A stretch of 64,000 nt of DNA from NCBI GenBank assembly GCA_050175815.1, contig JBFXIQ010000002.1, forward strand, positions 1,025-65,024, given 5' to 3'. Positions 28,534-37,726 of the stretch are shown here, piece by piece (position 1 is the stretch's first letter; the number at the start of each line of letters is the position of its first letter). The position numbers and the translations under genes were made by a program. The notes under the pieces were generated by a model. That model searched no databases and was not told where the DNA came from. It worked only from the letters and a program-made list of their open reading frames with translations. The DNA comes from Synergistaceae bacterium. GTDB taxonomy: Bacteria > Synergistota > Synergistia > Synergistales > Synergistaceae.

Positions 28534-29164
28534 AAATTCATTAAAACTATATGCAGTGACTGACAGAAAATGGCTGAAAGGAAGCTCTCTGGAGGAAGAG
28601 GTGGAAAAAGCGGTCAGAGCGGGTGTGACTATGGTTCAGCTCAGGGAAAAGCACATGGAATTTGACGAGCTTGTAAATCTGGCAAAAAAAATTGGAGCCG
28701 TAGTCCATAAATACAATGTGCCACTGATCATCAACGATGACATTGAAGCTGCATTAGCGTCAGGCGCTGACGGTGTGCACGTCGGACAGGGGGATATCTG
28801 CGCATCTGAGGCAAGGCAGAAGATAGGCAGCTCAATGATACTCGGGGTCTCCGCCCGGAGTGCGGAAACGGCGCTTGAAGCGGAAAGGTGCGGAGCTGAC
28901 TACATCGGTGCAGGCGCTGTTTTTTCAACATCAACAAAAGAGGATGCTAAAGTAATTTCCTTCGACGAACTCAAAAGAATTTGCGATTCTGTATCCATAC
29001 CGGTGGTAGCAATAGGAGGCATTACTGAAGAAAACATAATGGAGCTTTCGGGCTCAGGGATAGCTGGAGCAGCAGTTGTATCGGCGATATTTGCCAAAGA
29101 AGATGTCACGGTGTCGTCTGCAAGACTGTTGACCCTTATTGAAAAAATGCTGTGGAGCAAATAA
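28520..29164 (+). CDS. thiE: thiamine-phosphate synthase
   Basis: LYAVTD, VQLREK, INDD...A.....DGVH.GQ.D, VAIGGI motifs. Confidence 0.95.
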   Translation: MRLDKNSLKLYAVTDRKWLKGSSLEEEVEKAVRAGVTMVQLREKHMEFDELVNLAKKIGAVVHKYNVPLIINDDIEAALASGADGVHVGQGDICASEARQKIGSSMILGVSARSAETALEAERCGADYIGAGAVFSTSTKEDAKVISFDELKRICDSVSIPVVAIGGITEENIMELSGSGIAGAAVVSAIFAKEDVTVSSARLLTLIEKMLWSK

Positions 29165-29183
29165 GGCAAAAGGAGAGATCGAA

Positions 29184-29978
29184 ATGATCAGAAAGGTATT
29201 GACGATCGCCGGTTCCGACTGCAGCGGCGGCGCGGGCATTCAGGCAGATCTCAAAACGATGACAGCCTTCGGTGTCTACGGAATGAGCGTTATCACTGCA
29301 CTGACAGCGCAGAATACTACGGGGGTTTTCGGAATTATGGAGGTCGATCCGGAGTTTACGGCAAAACAGATAGACGCAGTTTTTACTGATATACGCCCGG
29401 ATGCTGTCAAGATCGGTATGGCAGCGAATTCATCCCTGATAAGGATCATATCAGAAAAACTTAAAGAGTATGAGGCTGTAAATATTGTGGTGGATCCGGT
29501 AATGGTATCGACCAGCGGAAGCAGGCTCTTGAGGGATGATGCTGTGAACTCACTCATAGAAGAACTGATACCTATCGCGAAGGTCATAACCCCAAACATA
29601 CCGGAGGCTGAAGTTCTGAGCGGCATCAGGATCAAAGAGATAGGGAGTATGGCTGAGGCGGCACGTCTGATCGCGGAAAAAACAAGAACAGGTGTACTTC
29701 TAAAGGGAGGGCATCTTGGCTACAGGGCGGATGACCTTCTAGTAACACACGAAGGATCAGAGATCTGGTTTTATTCGGAGAGGATAGACAATCCCAACAC
29801 TCACGGCACAGGATGTACTTTGTCATCCGCTGTTGCATGCGGGCTTGCATCGGGTCTTTCTTTGGAAGAGAGCGTCCTGGCTGCCAAAGAGTACATTTCT
29901 GATGCGCTTAAGAGCGGTCTGGATCTCGGAAGGGGCAGAGGCCCCCTTGATCATTGCTGCAGGATCATAAAAGTTTGA
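29184..29978 (+). CDS. thiD: hydroxymethylpyrimidine / phosphomethylpyrimidine kinase
   Basis: VLTIAGSDCSGGAGIQADLKT, VDPVMV, TPN..EA, KGGH, HGTGCT.SSA motifs. ATG 29184 follows AGGAGAG. Confidence 0.95.
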   Translation: MIRKVLTIAGSDCSGGAGIQADLKTMTAFGVYGMSVITALTAQNTTGVFGIMEVDPEFTAKQIDAVFTDIRPDAVKIGMAANSSLIRIISEKLKEYEAVNIVVDPVMVSTSGSRLLRDDAVNSLIEELIPIAKVITPNIPEAEVLSGIRIKEIGSMAEAARLIAEKTRTGVLLKGGHLGYRADDLLVTHEGSEIWFYSERIDNPNTHGTGCTLSSAVACGLASGLSLEESVLAAKEYISDALKSGLDLGRGRGPLDHCCRIIKV

Positions 29979-29986
29979 GGATAAAT

Positions 29987-30020
29987 AAAAAGACCGGGGG
30001 TATATGCCTCCGGTCTTTTT
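29987..30020. terminator. bidirectional intrinsic terminator (thiD on +, ferredoxin gene on -)
   Basis: AAAAAGACCGGGGG (loop tatatg) CCTCCGGTCTTTTT. The A-run and T-run flanks allow function on both strands. Confidence 0.85.
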
Positions 30021-30040
30021 ATTTCGAAATTATGTAATTA

Positions 30041-30214
30041 TTACTGAGAAATTGCGCTGACAGGGCAGGTTGCCACGCAGGCTCCGCACTCAACACAGGT
30101 ATCGGGATCGACCTTTGCTTTGCCGTCATTCATACTGATCGCTGATGTCGGGCAAACGCCTACGCATGCCTCGCAACCTACACAAGCATCCTGATCAACT
30201 ACTGCTTTAGCCAT
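30041..30214 (-). CDS. 57-aa 2x[4Fe-4S] ferredoxin (not in the ORF track)
   Basis: Hand translation of the minus strand gives MAKAVVDQDACVGCEACVGVCPTSAISMNDGKAKVDPDTCVECGACVATCPVSAISQ*. It has two CxxCxxCxxxCP motifs, and AGGAGGAC lies 7 nt upstream of the ATG. Confidence 0.9.
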   Translation of the reverse strand: MAKAVVDQDACVGCEACVGVCPTSAISMNDGKAKVDPDTCVECGACVATCPVSAISQ

Positions 30215-30350
30215 TGTAAGAAGTCCTCCTTAGATTATGTTTCAAAAGTATTTTTGCGGATAAATGGAACCCCGCACCTGCGTATTCTATATTGAAAAAG
30301 AAAATGCATCAACCTTTTTTGTGAAATAAATCCGTATTTTTATTAAAAAC

Positions 30351-30854
30351 CTACCTGCTTATCTTATCCAGACGAGGCATTATAAAATATACCAGTGCCA
30401 TACAGATCACGGCCTCAGGGACCACAACACTTGCATTGTAAAGAATTGAGTACAGCCATACGTTCATCCCTTCTGGGGCGTACGCAGAAAAAAAGATCGC
30501 TCCCGAGAAGACTGATGCAGCAAGGTTCAACGACGCTGCAACAATGACCCCCAGGCATCGGTTTGTTTTGAAAAACCCCACAGTTCCGAGAAGGGCATTT
30601 GCAACAGGATAGTCAAGCAAAGCCTGCAGCGGATGGACCACATATCCTCCCATAAAAAGCTTGAGAAGTCCTACGGCAAGTCCGGCAGATATTCCTGCCG
30701 TTCCGCCTCTTCTGATCGCAAATACAAAGATAGGAAGCATCCCAAGGCTGACAGACCCTCCCTGAGGAAGGGTAAACAATTTTACAAACGAAAGCGCAAC
30801 CGAGAGTGCAATGCAAAGAGAACCCTCTACAAGGACCTTTATGGGGACATTCAT
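30351..30854 (-). CDS. thiT: thiamine ECF-transporter S component
   Basis: YuaJ/ThiT-family strings LPQGGSVSLGMLPIF..A.RRG, VVHPLQALLDYP.A, SGAIFF..YAPEG.N.W.YS..YN. ATG 30854 follows GGAGGTG. The 115 in-frame codons upstream are not hydrophobic and have no SD. Confidence 0.85.
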   Translation of the reverse strand: MNVPIKVLVEGSLCIALSVALSFVKLFTLPQGGSVSLGMLPIFVFAIRRGGTAGISAGLAVGLLKLFMGGYVVHPLQALLDYPVANALLGTVGFFKTNRCLGVIVAASLNLAASVFSGAIFFSAYAPEGMNVWLYSILYNASVVVPEAVICMALVYFIMPRLDKISR

Positions 30855-31035
30855 CAACACACCTCCATAGCGCAAATAGTCTTTCAGCCGGAAAAGCAGA
30901 TAATATAATATGGTACAGATACTGTCAAACGGCCTTTGCAGCGTTATTTTCCCACGTAAATATTCTGTACTGGATACTTCTGTTTTGTGAACCTGGCTGA
31001 ACTGTTGCATCAGAAAAGTACAGTCATATTTGATA

Positions 31036-31064
31036 TTCATATTTGCAAGGCCGTGCTCTGTCAA
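31036..31064 (-). promoter_or_regulatory. candidate promoter for thiT
   Basis: The minus strand reads TTGACA, 17-nt spacer, TATGAA. This would give a leader of about 175 nt. Confidence 0.45.
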
Positions 31065-31363
31065 TCCTTTTCCAATTATAGACCTTGTCAGGAGTTGTTC
31101 AATGCACGCACTTATTGAACGTGCAAGCCCGTCAAGAGTAGACAGATTAGTTGTTAAGGTAGTAGAATTACTTAGACGGGTTAAAATGAAAGCACACATT
31201 TTATTTGCTGCGTCATACTTTATGCCAAGCCGCTTTTGACGGTTATTATTTCGAAAGACGGAGGTGGTTTATCGCTAGTTCTCTTTTCACAAGCTTTTGT
31301 TTATTCCTGCGACTGTTTTTTATATTATTTTTTTCAAAAAATTGAAAGGGGAGTTGTCTTATT

Positions 31364-32884
31364 ATGGAGCCACGCAAACCATCATTGGCACTGGCCGTTC
31401 TTATTTTTCTTGCAGTTGCGGTCCTGATCATATTCAGCGTTATGGTATGGGAAGTTGACATACATATCTCACTTATCCTTGGAGCTATCCTCGCAGGTAT
31501 TTTTGGAGTTTTCTATCTCAAATATGATTACGCTACGATCGAAAAGGGGATCGTCGACGGCATCATGACAGGCATGCAGGCATGCCTGATCCTCTACACC
31601 GTAGGTCCCCTCATTGGTACATGGATCGCAAGCGGCGTAGTCCCGACGATGATATACTACGGACTCTCGATACTGAGCCCGGGCATCTTCCTTTTTGCAA
31701 CGCTAATTATTTGTTCGGTAGTTGCACTTTCAACAGGTACTTCGTGGGGAACATCGGGTACAGTCGGTATAGCCCTTATGGGTATCGCTCTTGGGCTTGG
31801 CATCCCTGCTCCTCTTACGGCAGGTGTAATTATATCCGGAGCATACTTCGGCGACAAAATGTCACCTCTCTCCGACACTACTAACCTGGCCCCCGCAGTT
31901 GCCGGAACAGACCTTTTTCAGCACATCAGGGCGATGGTTTGGACGACTGGACCGACCTATGTTATCGTCTCCGTTATCACAATAGTCATCGGATTCAAAT
32001 ATGGCGGCGGCAACCTCGATCTTGGGAAGATCGAAGCACTTAAGGCTCTTATGGATGCAGAGTTCTGGATCAGCCCGATAGCTCTTCTTGCCCCGATCGT
32101 TGTAATCGGACTTTCTGCAGCCCGTAAACCGGCTCTTCCAAGCCTCTATGCCGGTATTCTCGTAGCGGTAGTCTTCGCTGTAATACAGGGAGTTGGCGTA
32201 GGTGACATACTCAACATAATGCAGTATGGCTATGCTCCGTCGCTCTCGGCTGAGATAGCCGGAGCTTCAGAAGATGCTGCCGCACTTGCGGCTATCCTCT
32301 CTGCAAATGGCATGACAATTGCGCCAGAGATAGCAACAGAAGCCGCCAACGACGTAGTCAAGCTTATGGAACGCGGCGGTCTGCAGTCTATGAACTGGAC
32401 GATCTCACTTATCCTTTGCGCCTTCACCTTTGGTTCCGTAATGGAAGTCTGCGGATTCCTGAAGGTCATGCTCGAAGCTATAATGAAGCCCATCAGGACA
32501 GTCGGCGGAATGGTCACAGCGACCATCCTGTCCTGCTTAGTCTGCGACATCTTCCTTGGTGACCAGTATCTCTCGATAGCAATGCCGGGACGTATGTTCA
32601 AGCTTGCCTTTGACGACAAGGGACTTCACCCGAGGATGCTTTCACGTTCGCTGGAAGATGCCGGTACACTGCTTTCAGTTCTTATCCCATGGAACACATG
32701 CGGCGCATACCATACCACAGTTCTTGGAGTTCCCACTCTTGAGTATGCTCCTTATGCATTCCTCAACTACCTAAACCCGCTCGTGGCAATTGCTATGACC
32801 TACATGGGCATAGGCATTTTCTGGCGCGGTAAGGACGGAGAACCCGTAAAGGGCGGAAAGACGCGCCCTGCAGATCTGGTTTAG
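31364..32884 (+). CDS. nhaC: Na+/H+ antiporter, NhaC family
   Basis: 506-aa polytopic protein with NhaC-type strings (GTSWGT.GT.G.A..GI, SGAYFGDK.SPLSDTT, SR.LED.GT....LIPWN.CG). Confidence 0.85.
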   Translation: MEPRKPSLALAVLIFLAVAVLIIFSVMVWEVDIHISLILGAILAGIFGVFYLKYDYATIEKGIVDGIMTGMQACLILYTVGPLIGTWIASGVVPTMIYYGLSILSPGIFLFATLIICSVVALSTGTSWGTSGTVGIALMGIALGLGIPAPLTAGVIISGAYFGDKMSPLSDTTNLAPAVAGTDLFQHIRAMVWTTGPTYVIVSVITIVIGFKYGGGNLDLGKIEALKALMDAEFWISPIALLAPIVVIGLSAARKPALPSLYAGILVAVVFAVIQGVGVGDILNIMQYGYAPSLSAEIAGASEDAAALAAILSANGMTIAPEIATEAANDVVKLMERGGLQSMNWTISLILCAFTFGSVMEVCGFLKVMLEAIMKPIRTVGGMVTATILSCLVCDIFLGDQYLSIAMPGRMFKLAFDDKGLHPRMLSRSLEDAGTLLSVLIPWNTCGAYHTTVLGVPTLEYAPYAFLNYLNPLVAIAMTYMGIGIFWRGKDGEPVKGGKTRPADLV

Positions 32885-32904
32885 TAAGATAAGAGCAGTA
32901 TAAA

Positions 32905-33363
32905 TTGCAGGGAAAACTGCCGGAACTTGAAAATCTCCTGGTCTCAAGATCAGGAAGGACCACCAGCAACTATAAGACCGCGACCTTTGCGGCAATAGGC
33001 GTATACCTTATAGGAGGCACTCTTTGGAGATATTATTCTTTGGGCATTACAGACAAGGCTCTGCCTAACATCATTCTGGGATTTGCAAGTTTCTTTGCGC
33101 TCAAGTATCAGAAAGTTGTATATTTATCCCCGATAGGAATGGTGAAGGAGACCCACACCTGGATAACCCACCACAGAGAAGTGATGAAGTGGGAAGAAAT
33201 AAAATTCATCACTCTGATGCACAAAAGGGTAGAGACAATGGTATTTCTGGAGAGGGACAGTTTAGGGTGGAAAGTGCTTTTTGAGCGAGATCAGGTGGAA
33301 GATCTCAAGAGAATTTTTAAGCAGTATATCCCGGATATTGAGATCAACGAGATAGACCGGTAG
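32905..33363 (+). CDS. hypothetical protein with two predicted TM helices
   Basis: ORF only. TTG start without a clear SD. The C-terminal soluble part belongs to no family I recognise. Confidence 0.35.
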   Translation: MQGKLPELENLLVSRSGRTTSNYKTATFAAIGVYLIGGTLWRYYSLGITDKALPNIILGFASFFALKYQKVVYLSPIGMVKETHTWITHHREVMKWEEIKFITLMHKRVETMVFLERDSLGWKVLFERDQVEDLKRIFKQYIPDIEINEIDR

Positions 33364-33374
33364 TTTCAAACACA

Positions 33375-33418
33375 GAAGCAGCCCCCTGATGACTAAGGTT
33401 TCGGGGGGCTGCTTTTAT
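33375..33418. terminator. bidirectional terminator between convergent genes
   Basis: GAAGCAGCCCCC (33375-33386) pairs with GGGGGCTGCTT (33404-33414) and is followed by TTTAT. Confidence 0.75.
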
Positions 33419-33440
33419 CTTGTCAGATAAAATCTGCTGT

Positions 33441-34646
33441 TTATTTGAAGTGCTTTTTTACAGCTTCTGCCACATTCCTTCCAAGCAGTCTGCACTGATC
33501 GAGATCTTCCTCTGTAGGGCAGGATTTTACTTCGACCGAAGGCTGTATAAGGGTCCAGTCCCCGCTCTGTTCAGCAAAGAGCTGCAACTCTGCCAGGGCA
33601 CCTTTGCTCCAGCTGTATGAGCCGCATATGCCAAGGATCCTGTTTTTCATCATTTTGTTTGAAAGGGATCTGCAAAGGGCGGCCATCGGAGGATAGAGTT
33701 CAGTATTGTATGTACAGCTGCCCAATACCAGCCCCTTGTACCTCCATATGTCCGCTACCATAAATGAGAGGTTGTCCCTTGAAACATCATGTACGAATAC
33801 GTCTTTTATCCCGGCCTCTGATATCGAACGGGCTATGGCGTCGGTCATGAACTTGGTATTTCCATACATGGAACCGTATACTACCACGACTCCTTCATCA
33901 GTGTCATGTCTGCTCCATTTGTCATAAAGATCCACTATATGGCATGGATTTGTCCTGTGGATCGGGCCATGTGCCGGGCAGATAATTCTTGGCTGGAGAG
34001 CTCTTACCTTAGCAATGGCTTTTTGAGTCGGAGATGAATAACGGCCCACAATGTTTGCGAAGTATCGAAGGATCTCATATTCATAATGTACCATGTCAAG
34101 CTCGTCATCGAATATTCCTCCCTCAAGTGCGCTGAATCCGCCGAAAGCGTCGGTTGAGAATAGAACTTTTTCTGTCGTATCATAGGTTACCATGCTCTCC
34201 GGCCAGTGGACCATAGGGATCATGGCGAAAGTTACCTTGTGGTGTCCCAGATCAAGGACGTCTCCCTCTTTTACTTCAATGATATTTTCAGTTATATTGT
34301 AAAAGGCATCGATCATTTCTACGGTCTTTTTATTTCCGATGATCTTCATATCAGGGTAGAGATGGCGAAGCATTCTGATGGAGCCTGAGTGGTCGGGTTC
34401 CATGTGGTTTACTATGAGGTAATCAATGGTCCTGCCTGTGGGAAGTACTGATGTCAGCCTTTCTATGTAATCGGAAAGGTTGCCGCTTTTGATAGTGTCG
34501 ATAATCGCAGTTTTGTCGTCATTGATAAGATAAGCATTGTAAGAGACTCCCTGTGGGAGAGTCCAGAGGCCTTCAAAGAGGTCGGTTTCACGGTCGTTGC
34601 CGCCTATCCAGTAAATATTTTCTGTGATTTTTATCGCTTTCTGCAT
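33441..34646 (-). CDS. flavodiiron protein (FprA-type O2/NO reductase)
   Basis: Metallo-beta-lactamase-like domain with the di-iron motif HMEPDHSG, plus a C-terminal flavodoxin domain (VVVVYGSMYGNT); 401 aa. Confidence 0.9.
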   Translation of the reverse strand: MQKAIKITENIYWIGGNDRETDLFEGLWTLPQGVSYNAYLINDDKTAIIDTIKSGNLSDYIERLTSVLPTGRTIDYLIVNHMEPDHSGSIRMLRHLYPDMKIIGNKKTVEMIDAFYNITENIIEVKEGDVLDLGHHKVTFAMIPMVHWPESMVTYDTTEKVLFSTDAFGGFSALEGGIFDDELDMVHYEYEILRYFANIVGRYSSPTQKAIAKVRALQPRIICPAHGPIHRTNPCHIVDLYDKWSRHDTDEGVVVVYGSMYGNTKFMTDAIARSISEAGIKDVFVHDVSRDNLSFMVADIWRYKGLVLGSCTYNTELYPPMAALCRSLSNKMMKNRILGICGSYSWSKGALAELQLFAEQSGDWTLIQPSVEVKSCPTEEDLDQCRLLGRNVAEAVKKHFK

Positions 34647-34929
34647 CGCTGTACCTGCCTTTCATGGTCGCTTGTATTTAAAATATGCACTGTAATGATA
34701 CAGCAAGATGTAGGATAGGATAAGATAAAAAAGCTAAAAATAGACTGAAAACATTATGATAAAGAGCAAAAAATAATTTTCAAACAAGAAAGATTATTCT
34801 GACATTTCACAAAGCTCATTTTTATTATAAAGGCATAATCTTTTTTTAGTGCCTAAAAGAAGGTGAAACACTTCACGTGCGGCTAAGCTTCAAGGTATTT
34901 TATGTAAATCAACAAAAAAGCTTGCATGA

Positions 34930-34953
34930 TGGTCAAATAATCCGATTTGATCA
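34930..34953. promoter_or_regulatory. inverted repeat TGGTCAAAT-N6-ATTTGATCA (candidate operator)
   Basis: Read directly from the sequence. A third related half-site, TGTCAAAT, lies at 34971-34978 and abuts the -35 element. Confidence 0.4.
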
Positions 34954-34979
34954 ATATGTCAGAAATGACCTGTCAAATG

Positions 34980-35008
34980 TTGCAATTTTCTTAAACGTGG
35001 CTGATAAT
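34980..35008 (+). promoter_or_regulatory. candidate promoter of the mutase/decarboxylase operon
   Basis: TTGCAA, 17-nt spacer, GATAAT, about 90 nt upstream of the GTG start. Confidence 0.5.
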
Positions 35009-35097
35009 AGTACGGTGTGATTTTTTACAACCCCAATCATGTGTGCAGGTGATCTGTATAAAACGGTCACGAAATGTTTCATAAGGAGGCGGAGTAA

Positions 35098-36777
35098 GTG
35101 TTTGACCCAAAACAGCTCCAGGAAGTGGCAGAAGGCAGCAAGTGCTATGAATCATCAGTAGCTAAGACTTTGGCGAAAAACCCTGAAAGGAAGGAAAACT
35201 TCACAACAGGCGGAGGAATACCCCTCAAGAGAACATATACCCCTGAGGATCTTGAAGGCCTTGATTACTCAAAGGATCTCGGCTTTCCCGGTCAGTATCC
35301 CTATACAAGGGGAGTTCAGCCCACAATGTATCGCGGCCGTTTCTGGACTATGCGTCAGTATGCAGGGTTCGCTACTGCTGAGGATTCCAACAGGCGTTAC
35401 CGTTATCTTCTGAGCCAGGGGACAACAGGTCTTTCAGTTGCATTTGACCTTCCCACTCAGATAGGATACGACTCAGACGATCCAATGGCGATCGGAGAAT
35501 GCGGAAAAGTCGGAGTAGCGATAGACAGCCTCGCTGATGCCGAGATCCTTTTTGATCAGATCCCGCTGAACAAGGTATCGACATCAATGACGATAAACGC
35601 ACCCGCATCTGTCCTGCTTGCAATGTACATAGCAGTGGCAGAAAAACAGGGCACCCCGATGAATGAACTTTCAGGAACCATTCAGAACGACATTCTGAAG
35701 GAATACATAGCCAGGGGAACATACATCTTCCCTCCCAAGCCGTCGATGAGACTCATCACCGACATTTTTGAGTTCTGCAGCAGCAACATCCCCAAATGGA
35801 ACACGATCTCGATCTCAGGCTACCATATCAGGGAAGCCGGATCTACAGCCATACAGGAAGTTGCGTTTACCCTAGCAGACGGTATCGCTTATATTGAAGC
35901 CGCAATCAAAGCAGGCCAGGATCCAAACGTTTTCGGAAAGCGTCTCTCTTTCTTCTTCAACTCGCACAACGATTTCCTCGAAGAAGTAGCGAAGTTCCGT
36001 GCGGCACGCAAGATATGGGCGAAGATCATGAAGGAACGTTTCGGTGTAACAGATAAGGGTGCCCAGATGCTCCGCTTCCATACACAGACAGCCGGATGCA
36101 CTCTCACTGCCCAGCAGGCGGAGAACAACATCGTTCGCGTGGCCATACAGACAATGGCAGCCGTTTGCGGAGGAACACAGTCTCTCCACACCAACAGCCT
36201 TGACGAGGCTCTTGCCCTTCCGACAGACAAGTCAGTCCGCATTGCGCTTCGCACGCAGCAGATAGTTGCCTATGAATCAGGCATCACCAACACGGTGGAT
36301 CCTCTTGCAGGAAGCTACGCTGTCGAAGCTCTTACCAAGCAGATCGAAGACGGTGCCTGGGAGTACATCAACAAGATAGATGAAATGGGCGGGATGATGA
36401 CTGCTATCGAAAAAGGCTATCCCCAGAAGAATATCCAGGATGCCGCATACCAGTATCAGAAGTCGATCGAGTCAGGTGACCGCATTATAGTCGGCGTCAA
36501 CAAGTTCCAGATCGAAGAGGACATGTCTGAGCGTAAACTCCTTAAAGTAGATGCAAGCGTAGGTGTCAATCAGATAAAGAAGCTGCGCGAAATGAAGGAA
36601 AACCGCGACAACGTGAAGGTCAAGGACTGCCTCGAAGCAATACTCAAGGGAGCTCAGGGTGAAGACAACCTTATGCCCCTTATCCTTGATGCGGTCCGTC
36701 ATTATGCAACAGAGGGCGAAATTTGCGGAGTTCTTCGCGGAGTGTTTGGCGAATACAAGGAAAACGTGGTTCTTTAG
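35098..36777 (+). CDS. methylmalonyl-CoA mutase, large (catalytic) subunit
   Basis: Strong mutase strings ([45 protein letters not shown]). Tyr88 and Arg206 sit at the positions that distinguish MCM from isobutyryl-CoA mutase. Confidence 0.9.
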   Translation: MFDPKQLQEVAEGSKCYESSVAKTLAKNPERKENFTTGGGIPLKRTYTPEDLEGLDYSKDLGFPGQYPYTRGVQPTMYRGRFWTMRQYAGFATAEDSNRRYRYLLSQGTTGLSVAFDLPTQIGYDSDDPMAIGECGKVGVAIDSLADAEILFDQIPLNKVSTSMTINAPASVLLAMYIAVAEKQGTPMNELSGTIQNDILKEYIARGTYIFPPKPSMRLITDIFEFCSSNIPKWNTISISGYHIREAGSTAIQEVAFTLADGIAYIEAAIKAGQDPNVFGKRLSFFFNSHNDFLEEVAKFRAARKIWAKIMKERFGVTDKGAQMLRFHTQTAGCTLTAQQAENNIVRVAIQTMAAVCGGTQSLHTNSLDEALALPTDKSVRIALRTQQIVAYESGITNTVDPLAGSYAVEALTKQIEDGAWEYINKIDEMGGMMTAIEKGYPQKNIQDAAYQYQKSIESGDRIIVGVNKFQIEEDMSERKLLKVDASVGVNQIKKLREMKENRDNVKVKDCLEAILKGAQGEDNLMPLILDAVRHYATEGEICGVLRGVFGEYKENVVL

Positions 36778-36810
36778 GATCTCTAGAGAGCTGATAAGGA
36801 GGAAAAAAAG

Positions 36811-37224
36811 ATGGACCGTAAAATTCGCGTAGTTGTTGCGAAACCTGGACTTGATGGCCATGACCGCGGCGCAAAGGTCGTTGCCAGAGCATTCAGAGAT
36901 GCAGGCATGGAAGTAATATATACAGGACTTCGTCAGACTCCCGAGCAGATCGTGGCCACAGCTATCCAGGAAGATGCTGACGCAATTGGCATAAGCATTC
37001 TGTCAGGAGCTCATGAGTACTGCTTCAAGACGATCATTGATCTTCTCAAAGAAAAGAATGCAAGTGATATCATCGTTTTCGGCGGCGGAGTCATTCCCGA
37101 GACAGACTATCCGACACTTCTCGGATTCGGTGCCGGAGCAATATTCGGCCCCGGAACCCCCACGACAGAGACAATAGCCTGGCTTGAAAAGGCAGTCGCC
37201 GAGAAGAGAGCGAAAGAGGCATAA
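36811..37224 (+). CDS. methylmalonyl-CoA mutase, small B12-binding subunit
   Basis: The cobalamin-binding DxHxxG motif (GLDGHDRGAK) and the GGG.IP motif; 137 aa. Confidence 0.9.
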   Translation: MDRKIRVVVAKPGLDGHDRGAKVVARAFRDAGMEVIYTGLRQTPEQIVATAIQEDADAIGISILSGAHEYCFKTIIDLLKEKNASDIIVFGGGVIPETDYPTLLGFGAGAIFGPGTPTTETIAWLEKAVAEKRAKEA

Positions 37225-37227
37225 AAG

Positions 37228-37629
37228 ATGAAACCAACAGTTATCGACCACATCGGAATAGCAGTCAAAAGCATCGATGAGTCCCTCAAGCTTTGGGAAG
37301 CCACCCTTGGCATCAAATGTCACGGAGTGGAAGAAGTTGTTGAGCAGAAAGTAAAAACAGCCTTCCTGCCACTTAAGGATACTGAAGTTGAACTTCTTGA
37401 AGCCACAAGCCCCGAAAGCCCTGTTGCGAAGTTTATCGAAGCCAAGGGCGAAGGCATCCACCACATGGCAATAAGGGTGGATGACCTGGAGGCAACTCTT
37501 GCGGAACTCAAGGAAAAAGGAATTCGCCTGATAGATGAGAAGCCGCGTCTCGGCGCGGGAGGTGCAAAGATCGCCTTCATCCATCCAAAGGCGACCGGAG
37601 GCATTCTGCTCGAACTGAGCGAACGCTAA
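37228..37629 (+). CDS. methylmalonyl-CoA epimerase (VOC/glyoxalase fold)
   Basis: IDHIGIAV...EGIHH.A..V.D....L...G...ID..P..GA.G.KIAF.HPK...G.L.EL pattern; 133 aa; operon context. Confidence 0.85.
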   Translation: MKPTVIDHIGIAVKSIDESLKLWEATLGIKCHGVEEVVEQKVKTAFLPLKDTEVELLEATSPESPVAKFIEAKGEGIHHMAIRVDDLEATLAELKEKGIRLIDEKPRLGAGGAKIAFIHPKATGGILLELSER

Positions 37630-37648
37630 TATAGGGTTAAGAAGGACC

Positions 37649-37672
37649 CCCGTGCCGTATCTTCGGCACGGG
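37649..37672 (+). other. intra-operon 9-bp GC-rich hairpin
   Basis: CCCGTGCCG (loop tatctt) CGGCACGGG between the epimerase gene and mmdA. There is no clean U-tract. Confidence 0.6.
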
Positions 37673-37726
37673 AGTCTTTGCTAAAAAAGTACCGAAAGTT
37701 CCAGAACATCAAGGAGGTTAGTAGTA

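Noticed and set aside
30855-31199. TPP riboswitch, or a real N-terminal extension, upstream of thiT
   Set aside because: I searched both possibilities by eye. No CUGAGA or pyrophosphate-helix consensus is present. The 115 in-frame codons have no SD, no hydrophobicity and no ThiT similarity. The region is kept only as an unexplained leader (see findings).
34647-35097. Cobalamin riboswitch ahead of the B12-dependent mutase operon
   Set aside because: The AT-rich leader has no B12-box-like (GCCACUG-type) element and no conserved multi-stem core. Only promoter and operator-like features were seen.
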